Below, piece after piece: positions 19,969 to 29,481 of a DNA stretch of 64,000 nt (within the stretch, counting starts at the first letter, position 1; the number at the start of each line of letters is the position of its first letter). The notes below the pieces were generated by a model, which was not told where the DNA came from, did no database searches, and worked only from the letters and a program-made list of their open reading frames with translations. Made by a program: the position numbers and the translations under genes. The DNA comes from a virus: the IMG/VR virus record IMGVR_UViG_3300037231_000129, positions 34,025 through 98,024 of that record. The stretch is one strand, 5' to 3'.

Positions 19969-20520
19969 TCATTCTTCGGTTTCCTCTGGTTCTGGAGCGT
20001 CGGCGGCGAGCACCTCTTCAGGGTGCTTTTGCGCCATGTGGGCACTGAGATCAGCGAAGCTGGTATCGCAGTGCAGGCAGATGCCGTGAGCCGCCTGCTT
20101 CTCCGCTCGCCGCAGCGCCTTGTTGGCGTCGCGGGCCTTGCGACGCGCCCGATCGCGCGCCTCGATCGCCACGCTGAAGGCTTCTACCGCGCGGAATTGG
20201 CGGCCCTGCGCCTCGGTCGCAATTCGCTGGAGGCGCTCGATCTCTTCCGCCTGGCGGGCGGTCTCCTGCTTCAGCCGATCACGCTCGCGGCGCGTCATCT
20301 CGTCCTGGCAGTTGTCTTTGTCCCAGCCCCAGCCGTGCCCATTCGGACAGTAATTGTAGCCGCCCTTGTTGTGCCGGTGGTCATAAACCTTGATCGGAAC
20401 GACATAGAGAACGCCACAGCTGCCGCATTCGGTGATCCGGTAGGACTGGTCGCGGATCTCGATCAGGTCGCAGCTAAGAGATCGTGTCGGCGGGATCACC
20501 GCCAGATTTTGCCGTCCCAT
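19969..20520 (-). CDS. zinc-binding coiled-coil hypothetical protein
   Basis: CGSCG, YCPNGH, coiled coil, C..C...F..L..HM..KHP. Confidence 0.6.
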   Translation of the reverse strand: MGRQNLAVIPPTRSLSCDLIEIRDQSYRITECGSCGVLYVVPIKVYDHRHNKGGYNYCPNGHGWGWDKDNCQDEMTRRERDRLKQETARQAEEIERLQRIATEAQGRQFRAVEAFSVAIEARDRARRKARDANKALRRAEKQAAHGICLHCDTSFADLSAHMAQKHPEEVLAADAPEPEETEE

Positions 20521-21286
20521 ATTGCACCTCCCTGGTGATCGGGAATGTCTGCCACCGCTGGAGCGTCACATGCTCGGGCGGCGCGGTGCGGCCGCGCCCA
20601 GCCGGCGGCAGGGGCCACCCTTCATCGGTGCAGCCGATACAGTACCACCGCGTCTTGCGCCGCTTGCGCGCGGTGCGGAACCACGCAAGCCAGTCGTCGA
20701 AATCGCTGACCTCCGCATCAGTCAGCGGGCCGGTAGCGACAACGATATCGGTGCAGTGGGTGTTTTTCGAGGCCACCCCAGCGAGAGTGGCCGCGTTTAC
20801 CACCAAGTTCCACATATTGGGGCCACTGGCCCGCCAAACCTGCACGTGGCCACGATCTGGCATCATCACCGGATAGAGGCTGACGATCATCAGGCCGCCG
20901 TAGCCCAGCCGATAACTCCACCGAATCATACGCTTGACCGCCAAATTACTGACGTCAGCGGTCGACGGGTCGGCGTTGTAGGTAACCCAGCAAAGCTTCG
21001 GACCTGACCCCCAGGTATGGATCAACAGCTCGCGCCAGCGGGTCATATCGCTATCGTCCCAGCGTGGCTCCTCGTTGTCGTCACGCCACCGTCTCATGCC
21101 ACCACCATGAAATACCACGTGGCGCATCACTGGCTTGACCGGCCTATCGCGAGAACGAACCACGGGCGGCAACGTCACGCCGCTGCGTTTCAGCATTTCC
21201 TCGATGTCAACGATCGCGTCCATGCCGCCTCCTGCCACGGATGTGTCCATGATCATAGACCAAAAATCCGGATGGTCCAGCCTCAA
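20474..21286 (-). CDS. DUF1643-like protein
   Basis: R..L...WG.GP..CWV..N.DPSTAD..KR....GYGGLMIVSLYP. Confidence 0.7.
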   Translation of the reverse strand: MRLDHPDFWSMIMDTSVAGGGMDAIVDIEEMLKRSGVTLPPVVRSRDRPVKPVMRHVVFHGGGMRRWRDDNEEPRWDDSDMTRWRELLIHTWGSGPKLCWVTYNADPSTADVSNLAVKRMIRWSYRLGYGGLMIVSLYPVMMPDRGHVQVWRASGPNMWNLVVNAATLAGVASKNTHCTDIVVATGPLTDAEVSDFDDWLAWFRTARKRRKTRWYCIGCTDEGWPLPPAGRGRTAPPEHVTLQRWQTFPITREVQYGTAKSGGDPADTIS

Positions 21287-23214
21287 TCATCGTAGCGATC
21301 CTGCCATGACTGCCCCACCGGCTCGCGGAGAGCGTCAACCGACACCAGCTGCGGCGTGATCCGGGTATTGCTGAGGTTGTAGCGCATCATCGTGTCGCCC
21401 ACGGTCACGTAGTAAGACTCCTTTGACTTCCAGCTTCGCACCAGCATGTCGGAGTTTTCAAAGTTCGGGCGATGAATTGTCAGGCCGAAATCGCAGCGCG
21501 AATAGAAATTCTGTCCCCCACCGATGTCGTAACCGACGGGCACCGGATAACTGCCATCCTTGTTTTTCTCGCGCATGGTATGCGGGTGCACGATCAATAC
21601 GATATTAGTGCGAAGCTCTACCGCGAGCCCGACGCAGCCTTGCAAGACAACGCCCAGCCAATCGGTTTGCGTCTTGCGCCAGCCCTGTGGCATTTCGTCG
21701 TCGATTTCCTGCCACGGATCCCAGATTACCAGCTTGGCCCCGGTGCGCTTCACCGCTGAGCGTGTTGTTTCTTTCAACCAGGTGAGCGGGGCCGGTTTGC
21801 CGCGTTCCGGCCATGCGATGAAGCTCCAATATTTGTGGACCCATTCCTGATTGGTCATCAACGCGGTGGCGCGATCCATACGCTCGAGATGGGCATTGCT
21901 GAAAAATGGCTGTTGGGTGCGTTGGGAAATCAAATCGACGCTGACGCGTTTGTTGCTGACCTCGGCCGAGAACATGATCGTGTGAAACGGCCGGGCGAAT
22001 TGATTGACCTGCATCTGATCAATCGCATGTTCGGTCACCATGGTGCTGTAGGCTGTCCAGAATGCCGATTTGCCATGGCCTGGAATCCCCGTAGTGACCC
22101 AAAAACGTCCGTCGTCCGCCAGACTTATCCGTTGATCCAACGCCGCAACCCCGGTGATGAACCGCCCGCGTCCGATCCCGTCGTAGAGATTGCCGACTTC
22201 CTCGTCGGTGACGACTTCGATGCCCTCAAGCGGGTAAGGCTCGGCATGGTCGATCGCGAACCGCACGGCGTCACGGCCACGCTTGGACAAGGTATCCTTG
22301 GCGTCCTTGCAGCCTTCGGGCCAGCGGACCAGCCAACAGCGCTCCTTGCCCAGCCGGCGGGCGATCTCCTCGTGATGATTGGATCCGGCCAAATCCATGT
22401 CACCAGCGAGAATGATCTGCTTGAGGCGCTTCAGCTTTTGGTTGCTATGGAGGCAAATATACCTCTGATCGTCATCCGTGACCGGATCGTAGACCTTCGA
22501 CAGCTTCGCCGGGCTGCCGTCTGGCAAACTCGTGGTCTGGCGAAAGCCGGCCTCGACGCATGCCGCAACGTCGTCCTCGCCCTCCACGATGATACCGGTT
22601 TCATCGCTGACGAAGCTGTCGACATTGTAGAGCGATTGCTCGGCGTCCGGTTCCTGGCTGAACCGCTTCACCCCGCTGCTGTACACCGCCTTGTATTTGA
22701 CGTTCAGCAACGCGCCATCTTCGCGGTAGGGATAGGCGATCACCGGGCGCATGCGGCCGGCGCCGTCGATCTGCTTGCCGGCCTTGTCGATCGCCGGCAT
22801 GAAGCGCTGGCTCCGGTAGATGCCGAGCATCTGCACGGTAGCCTCGGAGATCCCGAACTTCGCGAACCAGGTCAGCAGCGATGCCGGGCGATCGATATCT
22901 TCCGGTGGTACCGGCCGCCGATAGACCTTCGGGGCCTGCTGGCGGCGCGGTGGTGATCCGGAGAGCCGGCGGCCGCCGGTGATGCCGCAGTTGTTCGCCC
23001 GGTGGCATACCCAGGTGAAGCCCTGCCCATCATCGTCGATCCGGACGTAGAAATTCTTCTCCCGCTGCTTGCCACCACCGCATTCGGGGCAGAACAGCTT
23101 GGAGCGACCACCGCCGTGGTTCTTGCCGGGTCGCGGCGCTTCGTGAAGCTCGATCCGCTCATCGTCGAGTAGCTCCTGCAGCGTTTCGCACGGCTGCTCG
23201 CCCTTCCGCGCCAC
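21283..23214 (-). CDS. bifunctional DNA primase-helicase (T7 gp4/Twinkle-like)
   Basis: CPECGG zinc-binding domain, TOPRIM IVEGEDD and DMD, CKDAKD, TGIPGHGKS Walker A, IWDPW, IVHP. Confidence 0.92.
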   Translation of the reverse strand: MARKGEQPCETLQELLDDERIELHEAPRPGKNHGGGRSKLFCPECGGGKQREKNFYVRIDDDGQGFTWVCHRANNCGITGGRRLSGSPPRRQQAPKVYRRPVPPEDIDRPASLLTWFAKFGISEATVQMLGIYRSQRFMPAIDKAGKQIDGAGRMRPVIAYPYREDGALLNVKYKAVYSSGVKRFSQEPDAEQSLYNVDSFVSDETGIIVEGEDDVAACVEAGFRQTTSLPDGSPAKLSKVYDPVTDDDQRYICLHSNQKLKRLKQIILAGDMDLAGSNHHEEIARRLGKERCWLVRWPEGCKDAKDTLSKRGRDAVRFAIDHAEPYPLEGIEVVTDEEVGNLYDGIGRGRFITGVAALDQRISLADDGRFWVTTGIPGHGKSAFWTAYSTMVTEHAIDQMQVNQFARPFHTIMFSAEVSNKRVSVDLISQRTQQPFFSNAHLERMDRATALMTNQEWVHKYWSFIAWPERGKPAPLTWLKETTRSAVKRTGAKLVIWDPWQEIDDEMPQGWRKTQTDWLGVVLQGCVGLAVELRTNIVLIVHPHTMREKNKDGSYPVPVGYDIGGGQNFYSRCDFGLTIHRPNFENSDMLVRSWKSKESYYVTVGDTMMRYNLSNTRITPQLVSVDALREPVGQSWQDRYDD

Positions 23215-23217
23215 CGG

Positions 23218-24537
23218 TTAGAACTCGGATCCCGCCCAGTCTGGAGGAGGATCCCCGGCATTGCCGCTATGCCCGTTATTTTGCCCGTACAGCGGGTCTG
23301 GCGTTTTCCCCACCTGCTGACCGGCGAAATCGTCGGACCGTGCTGAGGCGCCAAAAATCTCTGCCCGCAGAACCGGATCACGCTCGACCGCCTGCCACAT
23401 AAACGAGCCTGGTTTGCTGGGATCGTATCCCCAAGCCTCTTTGAGGGCGGCATTCTGATCACTGACGAACGTGATCTTCACCATCGAGAAATCGCTGCAA
23501 TGAAGGGGATCAATGCCCGGCGGTATGTCAACCAGGATCGCTGGATTACGCGAAAGATCGACCAGGTTGGCGTAATTGTCGCGGATCAGAGCGTAGAGAT
23601 CGAGCTGGCGCAGCCGTTCCTCCGACACGTTGGCCAATGTTTTCAGCGGCAAGCTGGCCCACCACCGGCTGATGTTTTCGCTGGTGGCGATTTGGCGAAT
23701 TGACGCTGGATAGCCGCCTCGACGATCGCCGCGGAAGAATGGGTCCTTCGCAGCCCAGCGACAGCAGCGTGCCCAACGATCAAGCTTGTTCTCGATGCTG
23801 GTATGTTTCATCGCCTGCTGGAGCATGATGCACTCGCCGCGGGTCGGCGTTCCCACCATCGGGATCAGCGGCGATCCTGCGATTTCGCGATTCCAGACTT
23901 CGATGATCTCGGCCGGGCTCGGCATGCGGGGTGCTGGAGGTGGCGGCTCGACCCCCGGCAGCGACGGCTCGGCGATCGGAGCGGTGGTCGCATCCACCGG
24001 CGCTGGGCGCGCCCCCTGCCCGTCCGATGGATCGACAGGCCCTTCATGCACGAAGGAGCTCTTCGGGGGGGCCGCCGGCGAAGCCGGTGGCGGCGCGGTG
24101 GCGCAGTCCGGATCGGCCTCGAAAATTGGTCGCGCGCTCTCTTTCTCTTTCTTGTTTATTTCCTTGATTGATTCGTAGGACTCTGTGACCGGTGCAAACG
24201 TCGTTCGAGTCCAGTCGGTCCTGTCGTCGGAGTCCGTTTTCACCGGCCGGGACGTAAACCCGACGATTTGGTAAGTGCTGGCAGTGCGGCGTCCCTGCCC
24301 ACTGACCAGAATTCGTAGCAGACCCATTTCGACCAATTGATCGATGGTGCGCCGGACGCTGCGCTCGTTGGCATGGACCATCTCGGCCAGCCGGTTGATC
24401 GTTGGATAACTGATGCCCTGGCAATTGGCGTGCTGACCAAAGGCTTGCAGGAGGTAACCTTGCAGCTGTGTTCGCACCTGTTGTGCCCATGCCCATTGAG
24501 CGCCCGCTACGTTGACGTAAGTCGTGGTGCAGCTCAT
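23218..24537 (-). CDS. replication initiator-like protein with N-terminal winged HTH
   Basis: WAW...HAN..G.SYPTINRLAEM..ANERSVRRTIDQLVEMGLL; adjacent to primase-helicase. Confidence 0.7.
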   Translation of the reverse strand: MSCTTTYVNVAGAQWAWAQQVRTQLQGYLLQAFGQHANCQGISYPTINRLAEMVHANERSVRRTIDQLVEMGLLRILVSGQGRRTASTYQIVGFTSRPVKTDSDDRTDWTRTTFAPVTESYESIKEINKKEKESARPIFEADPDCATAPPPASPAAPPKSSFVHEGPVDPSDGQGARPAPVDATTAPIAEPSLPGVEPPPPAPRMPSPAEIIEVWNREIAGSPLIPMVGTPTRGECIMLQQAMKHTSIENKLDRWARCCRWAAKDPFFRGDRRGGYPASIRQIATSENISRWWASLPLKTLANVSEERLRQLDLYALIRDNYANLVDLSRNPAILVDIPPGIDPLHCSDFSMVKITFVSDQNAALKEAWGYDPSKPGSFMWQAVERDPVLRAEIFGASARSDDFAGQQVGKTPDPLYGQNNGHSGNAGDPPPDWAGSEF

Positions 24538-24905
24538 GGGACGAGCTCCTCGCTTGAGGAGTCGGGTGGAAAACCGATTATTTGGTAGATGATGATTTGC
24601 TCCGCGTCGCCGCGGCGCTCACCCGTATCGGCAATAAAGTTGCCGGCTATGAGACGTTCTGGAATTCTGGTGAGAGTTTTCTCGCTCACATTTGTGACGC
24701 TGCCTAGCATCTGGTTTTTATCCGGTGCGCTGATGCCATTTTCATCGGCCCAAGAAGCGAGGCTGAAAAGGATGAATTTTTCCTTGTGATTGCCCGGTTG
24801 CTTGGGAATTACGTATGCTATCGCATCTGCGTTGATCGGACGTTCCTTAGCAGGGAGTGCCAAAATGGCTGTTTGGTCCACGTTCATGTTCCGCCCCTTC
24901 ATCAC
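24534..24905 (-). CDS. winged-HTH protein, paralogous to initiator N-terminus
   Basis: KFILFSLASWADENG...TNVSEKTL.R...L...FI.DTGERRG...IIIY. Confidence 0.6.
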   Translation of the reverse strand: MMKGRNMNVDQTAILALPAKERPINADAIAYVIPKQPGNHKEKFILFSLASWADENGISAPDKNQMLGSVTNVSEKTLTRIPERLIAGNFIADTGERRGDAEQIIIYQIIGFPPDSSSEELVP

Positions 24906-25376
24906 AATCGATTTGCGACGCGGCGTGAAACTGAAACGAGGGCTTGCAGCCCAGACATATAACCACTAATTTGCCAGACGAGGTCATGGCAGACCAGGTG
25001 CTTCAACGCGGACGAGGGCCCGCGAAGTGTCTGAGCGTCGAATCCGTCGCCACGGTTTCCCGCTTCGTCAGTCAAGTCAGGGGCGGTCGGGTTAGCTGGC
25101 CGACCGCCCCACCTCTTCATCAAACTCCAGACTGTAATCAGCGAGTCCCAATCACGCAATATCCATGATTCCAGCTGCGACACATTTGCTGTATTTTCAA
25201 TACCTAAACGATTCCAGTCGCTTGATCGCCAGAGTCGGCATCACCATATCTATTGGGCAATAACCACACGCAAAAATTTACCACCGGGACTCGGTTTTTT
25301 GTGCCGATCCATAGAACGGCCGGTCTGCATGCACGCATGCGAATCGTCTGTGTTCCCGTTTTGAACGTGGTTTTCA

Positions 25377-25460
25377 TATCCGAAACCGCTCCGTGGCCGT
25401 GCCTCCCTCCCATGACCACGGGACGATCCGCCGGCGATCAAGCCGGCACTGATGAGGATA
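25377..25460 (+). ncRNA. hammerhead ribozyme-like, type II, CTGATGA core (B3)
   Basis: stem II TATCC/GGATA, GAAA, stem III CCGTGG/CCACGG, ATC site, stem I GCCGGC gatcaa GCCGGC, CTGATGA. Confidence 0.8.
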
Positions 25461-25464
25461 CCCC

Positions 25465-25698
25465 ATGACAACACGCATCCCGCAGGTCGTTCTGGACGCT
25501 TACGTCGCGCGTTGGTCGCATCTCGGGATATTGGCCGGGAAGGTCAATGATCCTGCTGTCACCGGCCTGCGCGCCGCACGCACATTCGCCCAGACGGTTT
25601 GCTGTCTCGAATCACCTCCCACGGTCACCATCAACCAGGTTCGCGGGCTTGCCCGCGTGGCCAATGGCGAACCCTGGGAAGCGATCCCCGACGTTTGA
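25465..25698 (+). CDS. hypothetical protein
   Basis: GAGGA SD within B3. Confidence 0.65.
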   Translation: MTTRIPQVVLDAYVARWSHLGILAGKVNDPAVTGLRAARTFAQTVCCLESPPTVTINQVRGLARVANGEPWEAIPDV

Positions 25699-25751
25699 AA
25701 CCCCGGCCCGCCGGGTTCCCGGCGCAATCTGGCGCCGGACTGATGAGGAAC
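25693..25751 (+). ncRNA. hammerhead ribozyme-like, type II (B4)
   Basis: GAAAC-CCCGGC/GCCGGG-TTC-CCGGCGC/GCGCCGG-A-CTGATGA-GGAAC. Confidence 0.7.
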
Positions 25752-25756
25752 ACCCC

Positions 25757-26002
25757 ATGCCACCAAGAAGACGCGTTGAATGGCTCGCGGCGAAAGCCGA
25801 GGGTCAATGCAACGACGTGCCCTACGACACCGAGCTGGTGAACAGCAACGGCGTCTCCATCCATTTTTGGCTGGGCGACCGTGAACCCACCGACGAACTG
25901 CTCGACGATCTCTCACGACGTGCCTGCAATCGGCGGGACATCGTGCGGATCCAATTCTCCGAGGGTCAGCCCACCGGCTTCTGGGCTCACTCCGATTTCT
26001 GA
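25757..26002 (+). CDS. hypothetical protein
   Basis: ATG after B4. Confidence 0.6.
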   Translation: MPPRRRVEWLAAKAEGQCNDVPYDTELVNSNGVSIHFWLGDREPTDELLDDLSRRACNRRDIVRIQFSEGQPTGFWAHSDF

Positions 26003-26062
26003 CGAAACCCCGGCTCAGCCGGGTTTCCGGCGCAATCCTGCGTCGGGCTGATGAAAGGAATC
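25994..26062 (+). ncRNA. hammerhead ribozyme-like, type II (B5)
   Basis: GATTTCT..CGAAAC-CCCGGC/GCCGGG-TT-TCCGGCGCA/TGCGTCGGG-CTGATGA-A-AGGAATC. Confidence 0.65.
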
Positions 26063-26064
26063 AC

Positions 26065-26577
26065 ATGCCCCTTACCGTCCTTCGCGACGGTGCAGCACCG
26101 GTCATTCTTTCCAACCGGACTGTCTTTGATCAACTTCCCGACGAGATTGACGTAGCCGAGCTGATGAGCTCGATCCGCGCCGGCGACACCGTGCCCGTTA
26201 CCTTACGGGAGATCGGTGCTGTCCGGCTGACGTCGCCAGGCATGGTGCCAACGCTGGATTACAATCCGCCCCAGCAATCGTTGGCTCTGTCCACGGCGCA
26301 TCCCATGCCCGTGGATCGGCCGTTCGAACTCGAATGCCGGATCCTGGTTCCAATCGATGCCATGATCAATTGCCATGCCCCCTCCAAAAAGGAGGCTATG
26401 GAATTGGCCAACAAGGTTTTCGATGGTGTCAGGCAGGCGCCTTCGAGTTTCCAGGTGGTGGTGAACCGCGATGATATAGCGGAAATCTTCCACGATCTGG
26501 AGAACGGCATGTCGCGCAGACGCTTCGACCTGATTGGCGCCCACAACCTGGTGGTCAATCGAACGGAAGAACGATGA
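26065..26577 (+). CDS. hypothetical protein
   Basis: AAGGA SD within B5. Confidence 0.65.
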   Translation: MPLTVLRDGAAPVILSNRTVFDQLPDEIDVAELMSSIRAGDTVPVTLREIGAVRLTSPGMVPTLDYNPPQQSLALSTAHPMPVDRPFELECRILVPIDAMINCHAPSKKEAMELANKVFDGVRQAPSSFQVVVNRDDIAEIFHDLENGMSRRRFDLIGAHNLVVNRTEER

Positions 26578-26590
26578 AAGAATCCAGCCC

Positions 26591-27166
26591 ATGGCAAATC
26601 TGACTGTTTACCGCCAGCAAGAGCCACCGTTTTCAATGACGATGGCCAACTGCCTGGCGGCCGCTGCCACCCAGGAAGACACCGATCTGATTGCCCTGTC
26701 CATGCGCACCAAGCGCCCTGCTCTGGTGGGCCTCGACAGCCGGTCGTCGATCATTCTACCCGGTGGAGACCTCGACGGACGTACCACGTTCGAAGATCTC
26801 TACGACACCTGCCTGACATTGGTCGACCTGCAGCACATGCGGGAGGCCAATGTTAGCAACCCTGAGGATGTGCCACTGCGAGCCTACAGGCTCGAAGTGT
26901 TGTTTGCGATCGATGGCACCTGCCAAATACCGATTGCTCTTCTCGCCAGTTCTATCGGCGATGCACGCCCCCGTTTGCGTACTCTCCTCGCCAAGGATGT
27001 TATGTTCCGCGAAGCCCTGTTTGACGCTGTCATTCAGGCTATCGACCGGAACTTTCGGGCTGAGGAGGATATCGTATTCCGGGTGCGGGAGAGCAGCATG
27101 GACGATCGCTCCATCATCCCGCCCCTGCTCCCAGGGGCCGGGCCAGAGTGGCGCATTCTTGAGTAA
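26591..27166 (+). CDS. hypothetical protein
   Basis: ATG 26591, follows previous gene. Confidence 0.6.
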   Translation: MANLTVYRQQEPPFSMTMANCLAAAATQEDTDLIALSMRTKRPALVGLDSRSSIILPGGDLDGRTTFEDLYDTCLTLVDLQHMREANVSNPEDVPLRAYRLEVLFAIDGTCQIPIALLASSIGDARPRLRTLLAKDVMFREALFDAVIQAIDRNFRAEEDIVFRVRESSMDDRSIIPPLLPGAGPEWRILE

Positions 27167-27168
27167 GT

Positions 27169-27231
27169 GAAAACCCCGTAGCGGATACCGCCGCGGGGTT
27201 TTGCTTGCATTCAGCAAGCATTGATAAGGAA
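27169..27231 (+). ncRNA. hammerhead-like, type II, TTGATAA core (B6)
   Basis: GAA-AACCCCG/CGGGGTT-T-TGCTTGC/GCAAGCA-TTGATAA-GGAA; weak stem II. Confidence 0.65.
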
Positions 27232-27239
27232 CACACCCA

Positions 27240-27482
27240 ATGTCTGACGAACCCAAGATCCTTGACGGGATCGCTATGCCCCCGATCCACCCCTCGATCA
27301 CCATGGACTTGGTTCTCGAAGCCATGGATCGCTCACCAAGCGAGACAGACGCCCTCGGCTTCTGCCTGGCGTGTGGCGAGAGCGTGCGAGAGATCGCTAC
27401 GAGCACCAGGCGCGAGACATGCGGCTTCTGCGGTTGCCCTGCCGTCTTCGGCGCCGAGGAAATCATGTTCATTCTCGCCTGA
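27240..27482 (+). CDS. small zinc-finger protein, paralog 1
   Basis: GFCLACG..CGFCG.PAVFGAEE. Confidence 0.7.
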   Translation: MSDEPKILDGIAMPPIHPSITMDLVLEAMDRSPSETDALGFCLACGESVREIATSTRRETCGFCGCPAVFGAEEIMFILA

Positions 27483-27533
27483 TCCGAACCTGGGCCACGC
27501 CCGGGCGCGGGCATTTCGCCCGCTTGAAAAGGA
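27483..27533 (+). ncRNA. hammerhead-like, type II, TTGAAAA core (B7)
   Basis: TCC-GAA-CCTGGGC/GCCCGGG-C-GCGGGC/GCCCGC-TTGAAAA-GGA. Confidence 0.65.
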
Positions 27534-27540
27534 ACACCCC

Positions 27541-27786
27541 ATGTCGAAAACCGCTCAGGAGATCCTGGATGCCCTGCCCCTGCCGCCGATCCATTCGAGC
27601 GTCACGCCCGAGCGGCTCACCGAGGCGCTCACCCGCTATCAGCAGACCTTGGATAACCCAGGGTTTTGTTTGAGTTGCGGCGCCGAGGCCGAGGGCTGCG
27701 AACCCGATGCCCGTCGCTACCACTGCGACGAGTGCGGACAGCCCGCCGTCTTCGGCGCCGAGGAACTCGTGCTGATGACGATGTAG
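27541..27786 (+). CDS. small zinc-finger protein, paralog 2
   Basis: NPGFCLSCG..GCEPDARRYHCDECG.PAVFGAEEL. Confidence 0.7.
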   Translation: MSKTAQEILDALPLPPIHSSVTPERLTEALTRYQQTLDNPGFCLSCGAEAEGCEPDARRYHCDECGQPAVFGAEELVLMTM

Positions 27787-28017
27787 GAGGCAGCCATGGC
27801 AGCGCGTCTCTGGAATCCTCACATTGGCACCCTGAAAGGCGGCCTACATCATAGTGTGGCCTACATCATTCAGATGCGGGTGCCACGCGATGAAGGCTAT
27901 GGCTCGCCCATGGTCGCCCTGTCCGATTACACCACTTCCCGCCGTACGGCGGATAGCTGGTTGGCGGATGCTCGGGTGAAGGCCGGCCGCTATCTCAGGG
28001 ATACCCGAAACAAATAA

Positions 28018-28066
28018 CCGAACCCGGGCTACACCCGGGTGCGAGCATCCCGCTCGCTTGAAAAGG
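28018..28066 (+). ncRNA. hammerhead-like, type II, TTGAAAA core (B8)
   Basis: CC-GAA-CCCGGG/CCCGGG-T-GCGAGC/GCTCGC-TTGAAAA-GG. Confidence 0.6.
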
Positions 28067-28075
28067 AAACACCCC

Positions 28076-28669
28076 ATGGCTTCCTATCGTGAACTCGCGG
28101 CCGCCATCGAGGCGCTCTGCCGCGCTATTCGTGCTCGAACGATATCGCCTGCCTCGGCGTTGCTCACGTCATGTGAAGCGCTTGCCGCGGCCGCTCGCCG
28201 TGGCATCGTTGCTCAATCGCCCTGGACGCCCTTCGAGCCAGCGACAGCGCCGCCGATCTCCGAACGGGCACTGCAGCTCACCGCTGAAAGACTGAACCTG
28301 CCCCTTGAGGACGTCCGTCGTGAGTTGACCGACGAAATCCAGGGACCGCAGATCTTCATCAACAGCCGCTACCAGGTCGCCATGCGGCTTTGGGAACCCG
28401 GCGTCATGTATCTGTCGATCAAGCGTCTGGACCAGCAACCCATCCGGTCCTGGCGCGACCTGCAGCGGATCAAGACCGAACTGGTTGGCCCCGAAAACGA
28501 AGGGGTCGAACTGTTCCCCGCGGAATCGCGGCTCATCGATCGGGCCAACCAGTTCCACCTGTTCATTTTGACCGATCCAGCGGCGCGGTTCCCGTTCGGT
28601 TACAAGCACACCCGCGACGTCGGCCCTCCCGTTGGCCTTGGCGAGGCGCAGGAACCATTCGAGGCATAA
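28076..28669 (+). CDS. phage hypothetical protein
   Basis: YLSIKRLD..PIRSWRDLQRIK.ELVGPE.EGVELFPAESRLID.ANQFHL motif resembles a recurrent phage family. Confidence 0.7.
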   Translation: MASYRELAAAIEALCRAIRARTISPASALLTSCEALAAAARRGIVAQSPWTPFEPATAPPISERALQLTAERLNLPLEDVRRELTDEIQGPQIFINSRYQVAMRLWEPGVMYLSIKRLDQQPIRSWRDLQRIKTELVGPENEGVELFPAESRLIDRANQFHLFILTDPAARFPFGYKHTRDVGPPVGLGEAQEPFEA

Positions 28670-28670
28670 T

Positions 28671-28715
28671 CCGAACCCCTTCGGGGGTGCGAGCAATCAA
28701 GCTCGCTTGAAAAGG
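28671..28715 (+). ncRNA. hammerhead-like, type II, TTGAAAA core (B9)
   Basis: CC-GAA-CCCC ttcg GGGG-T-GCGAGC aatcaa GCTCGC-TTGAAAA-GG. Confidence 0.6.
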
Positions 28716-28723
28716 CTACACCC

Positions 28724-28926
28724 ATGTCGAGGCACCCTCAATTCAGAATGGGATTTAAGACCGGCAACAATGCTTTCGATTACGGTCTGGGCATCCTGGA
28801 ATCCATCGCATTTTGACCGAGATCAACGCCAAAATCGCTGATGGCGATCGAATAGGTAAGATCATGGACAGCAACGGCAATTCCATCGGCCAGTGGTCAC
28901 TGGAATTGCCGGACGATAAAGATTGA
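28724..28926 (+). pseudogene. small phage gene with apparent 1-nt frameshift near 28800
   Basis: MSRHPQFRMGFKTGNNAFDYGLGILE continues in another frame as HRILTEINAKIADG..GKIMDSNGNSIGQW. Confidence 0.55.
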
Positions 28927-28927
28927 G

Positions 28928-28979
28928 CCGAACCCGCGGCGCAAGCCCGGGCGCGAGCGATCAAGCTCGCTTGATAAGG
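28928..28979 (+). ncRNA. hammerhead-like, type II, TTGATAA core (B10)
   Basis: CC-GAA-CCCG.GGC gcaa GCC CGGG-C-GCGAGC gatcaa GCTCGC-TTGATAA-GG. Confidence 0.65.
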
Positions 28980-28988
28980 AAACACCCA

Positions 28989-29423
28989 ATGGGATACACA
29001 CATTTTTGGTTTGCACCCGAAGCAATCAGACCCCGCATCTGGTGGGTCGTGATGGCCGACGCGCTTAAGTTGGTGGAAGCATTCCCAGGCCCTGGTGGCC
29101 TCTGCATGGGCATCGAGAACCAAGCCCAGCGAGCCTTCGTCTCACGCGAGGAAATCCGCTTCAATGGCGGACCAGGCGCGCAGGCGGAGGATTTCAGGCT
29201 CACCCGGGAAGCCGGCAAACGGTATAGCTCCTGCAAGACCCAGCATCAGCCCTATGAACGGCTGGTCTGTGCTATACTTGCCTCCACCGCTGATCGTACT
29301 CGGCTCATTCGCGTCACCAGCGATGGCAATCATCACGATTGGTTACCATATATAGAGTGGGCGTCCACGGTGTTGCGGCGTCCACTCCCGATGCCGATCC
29401 ATACCAACGAAATCACAGGGTAA
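28989..29423 (+). CDS. phage hypothetical protein
   Basis: MGYTHFW..IRFNG..EDF..CKT...PY...VCAIL..V.SDG motif resembles a recurrent phage family. Confidence 0.7.
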   Translation: MGYTHFWFAPEAIRPRIWWVVMADALKLVEAFPGPGGLCMGIENQAQRAFVSREEIRFNGGPGAQAEDFRLTREAGKRYSSCKTQHQPYERLVCAILASTADRTRLIRVTSDGNHHDWLPYIEWASTVLRRPLPMPIHTNEITG

Positions 29424-29480
29424 CGAACCCCACCGCCCGGTGGGGACGCCGGCGATCAAGCCGGCACTGAGGAGTAACCC
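29418..29480 (+). ncRNA. hammerhead-like, type II, CTGAGGA core (B11)
   Basis: GGGTAAC-GAA-CCCCACCG/CGGTGGGG-A-cGCCGGC gatcaa GCCGGCa-CTGAGGA-GTAACCC. Confidence 0.7.
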
Positions 29481-29481
29481 T

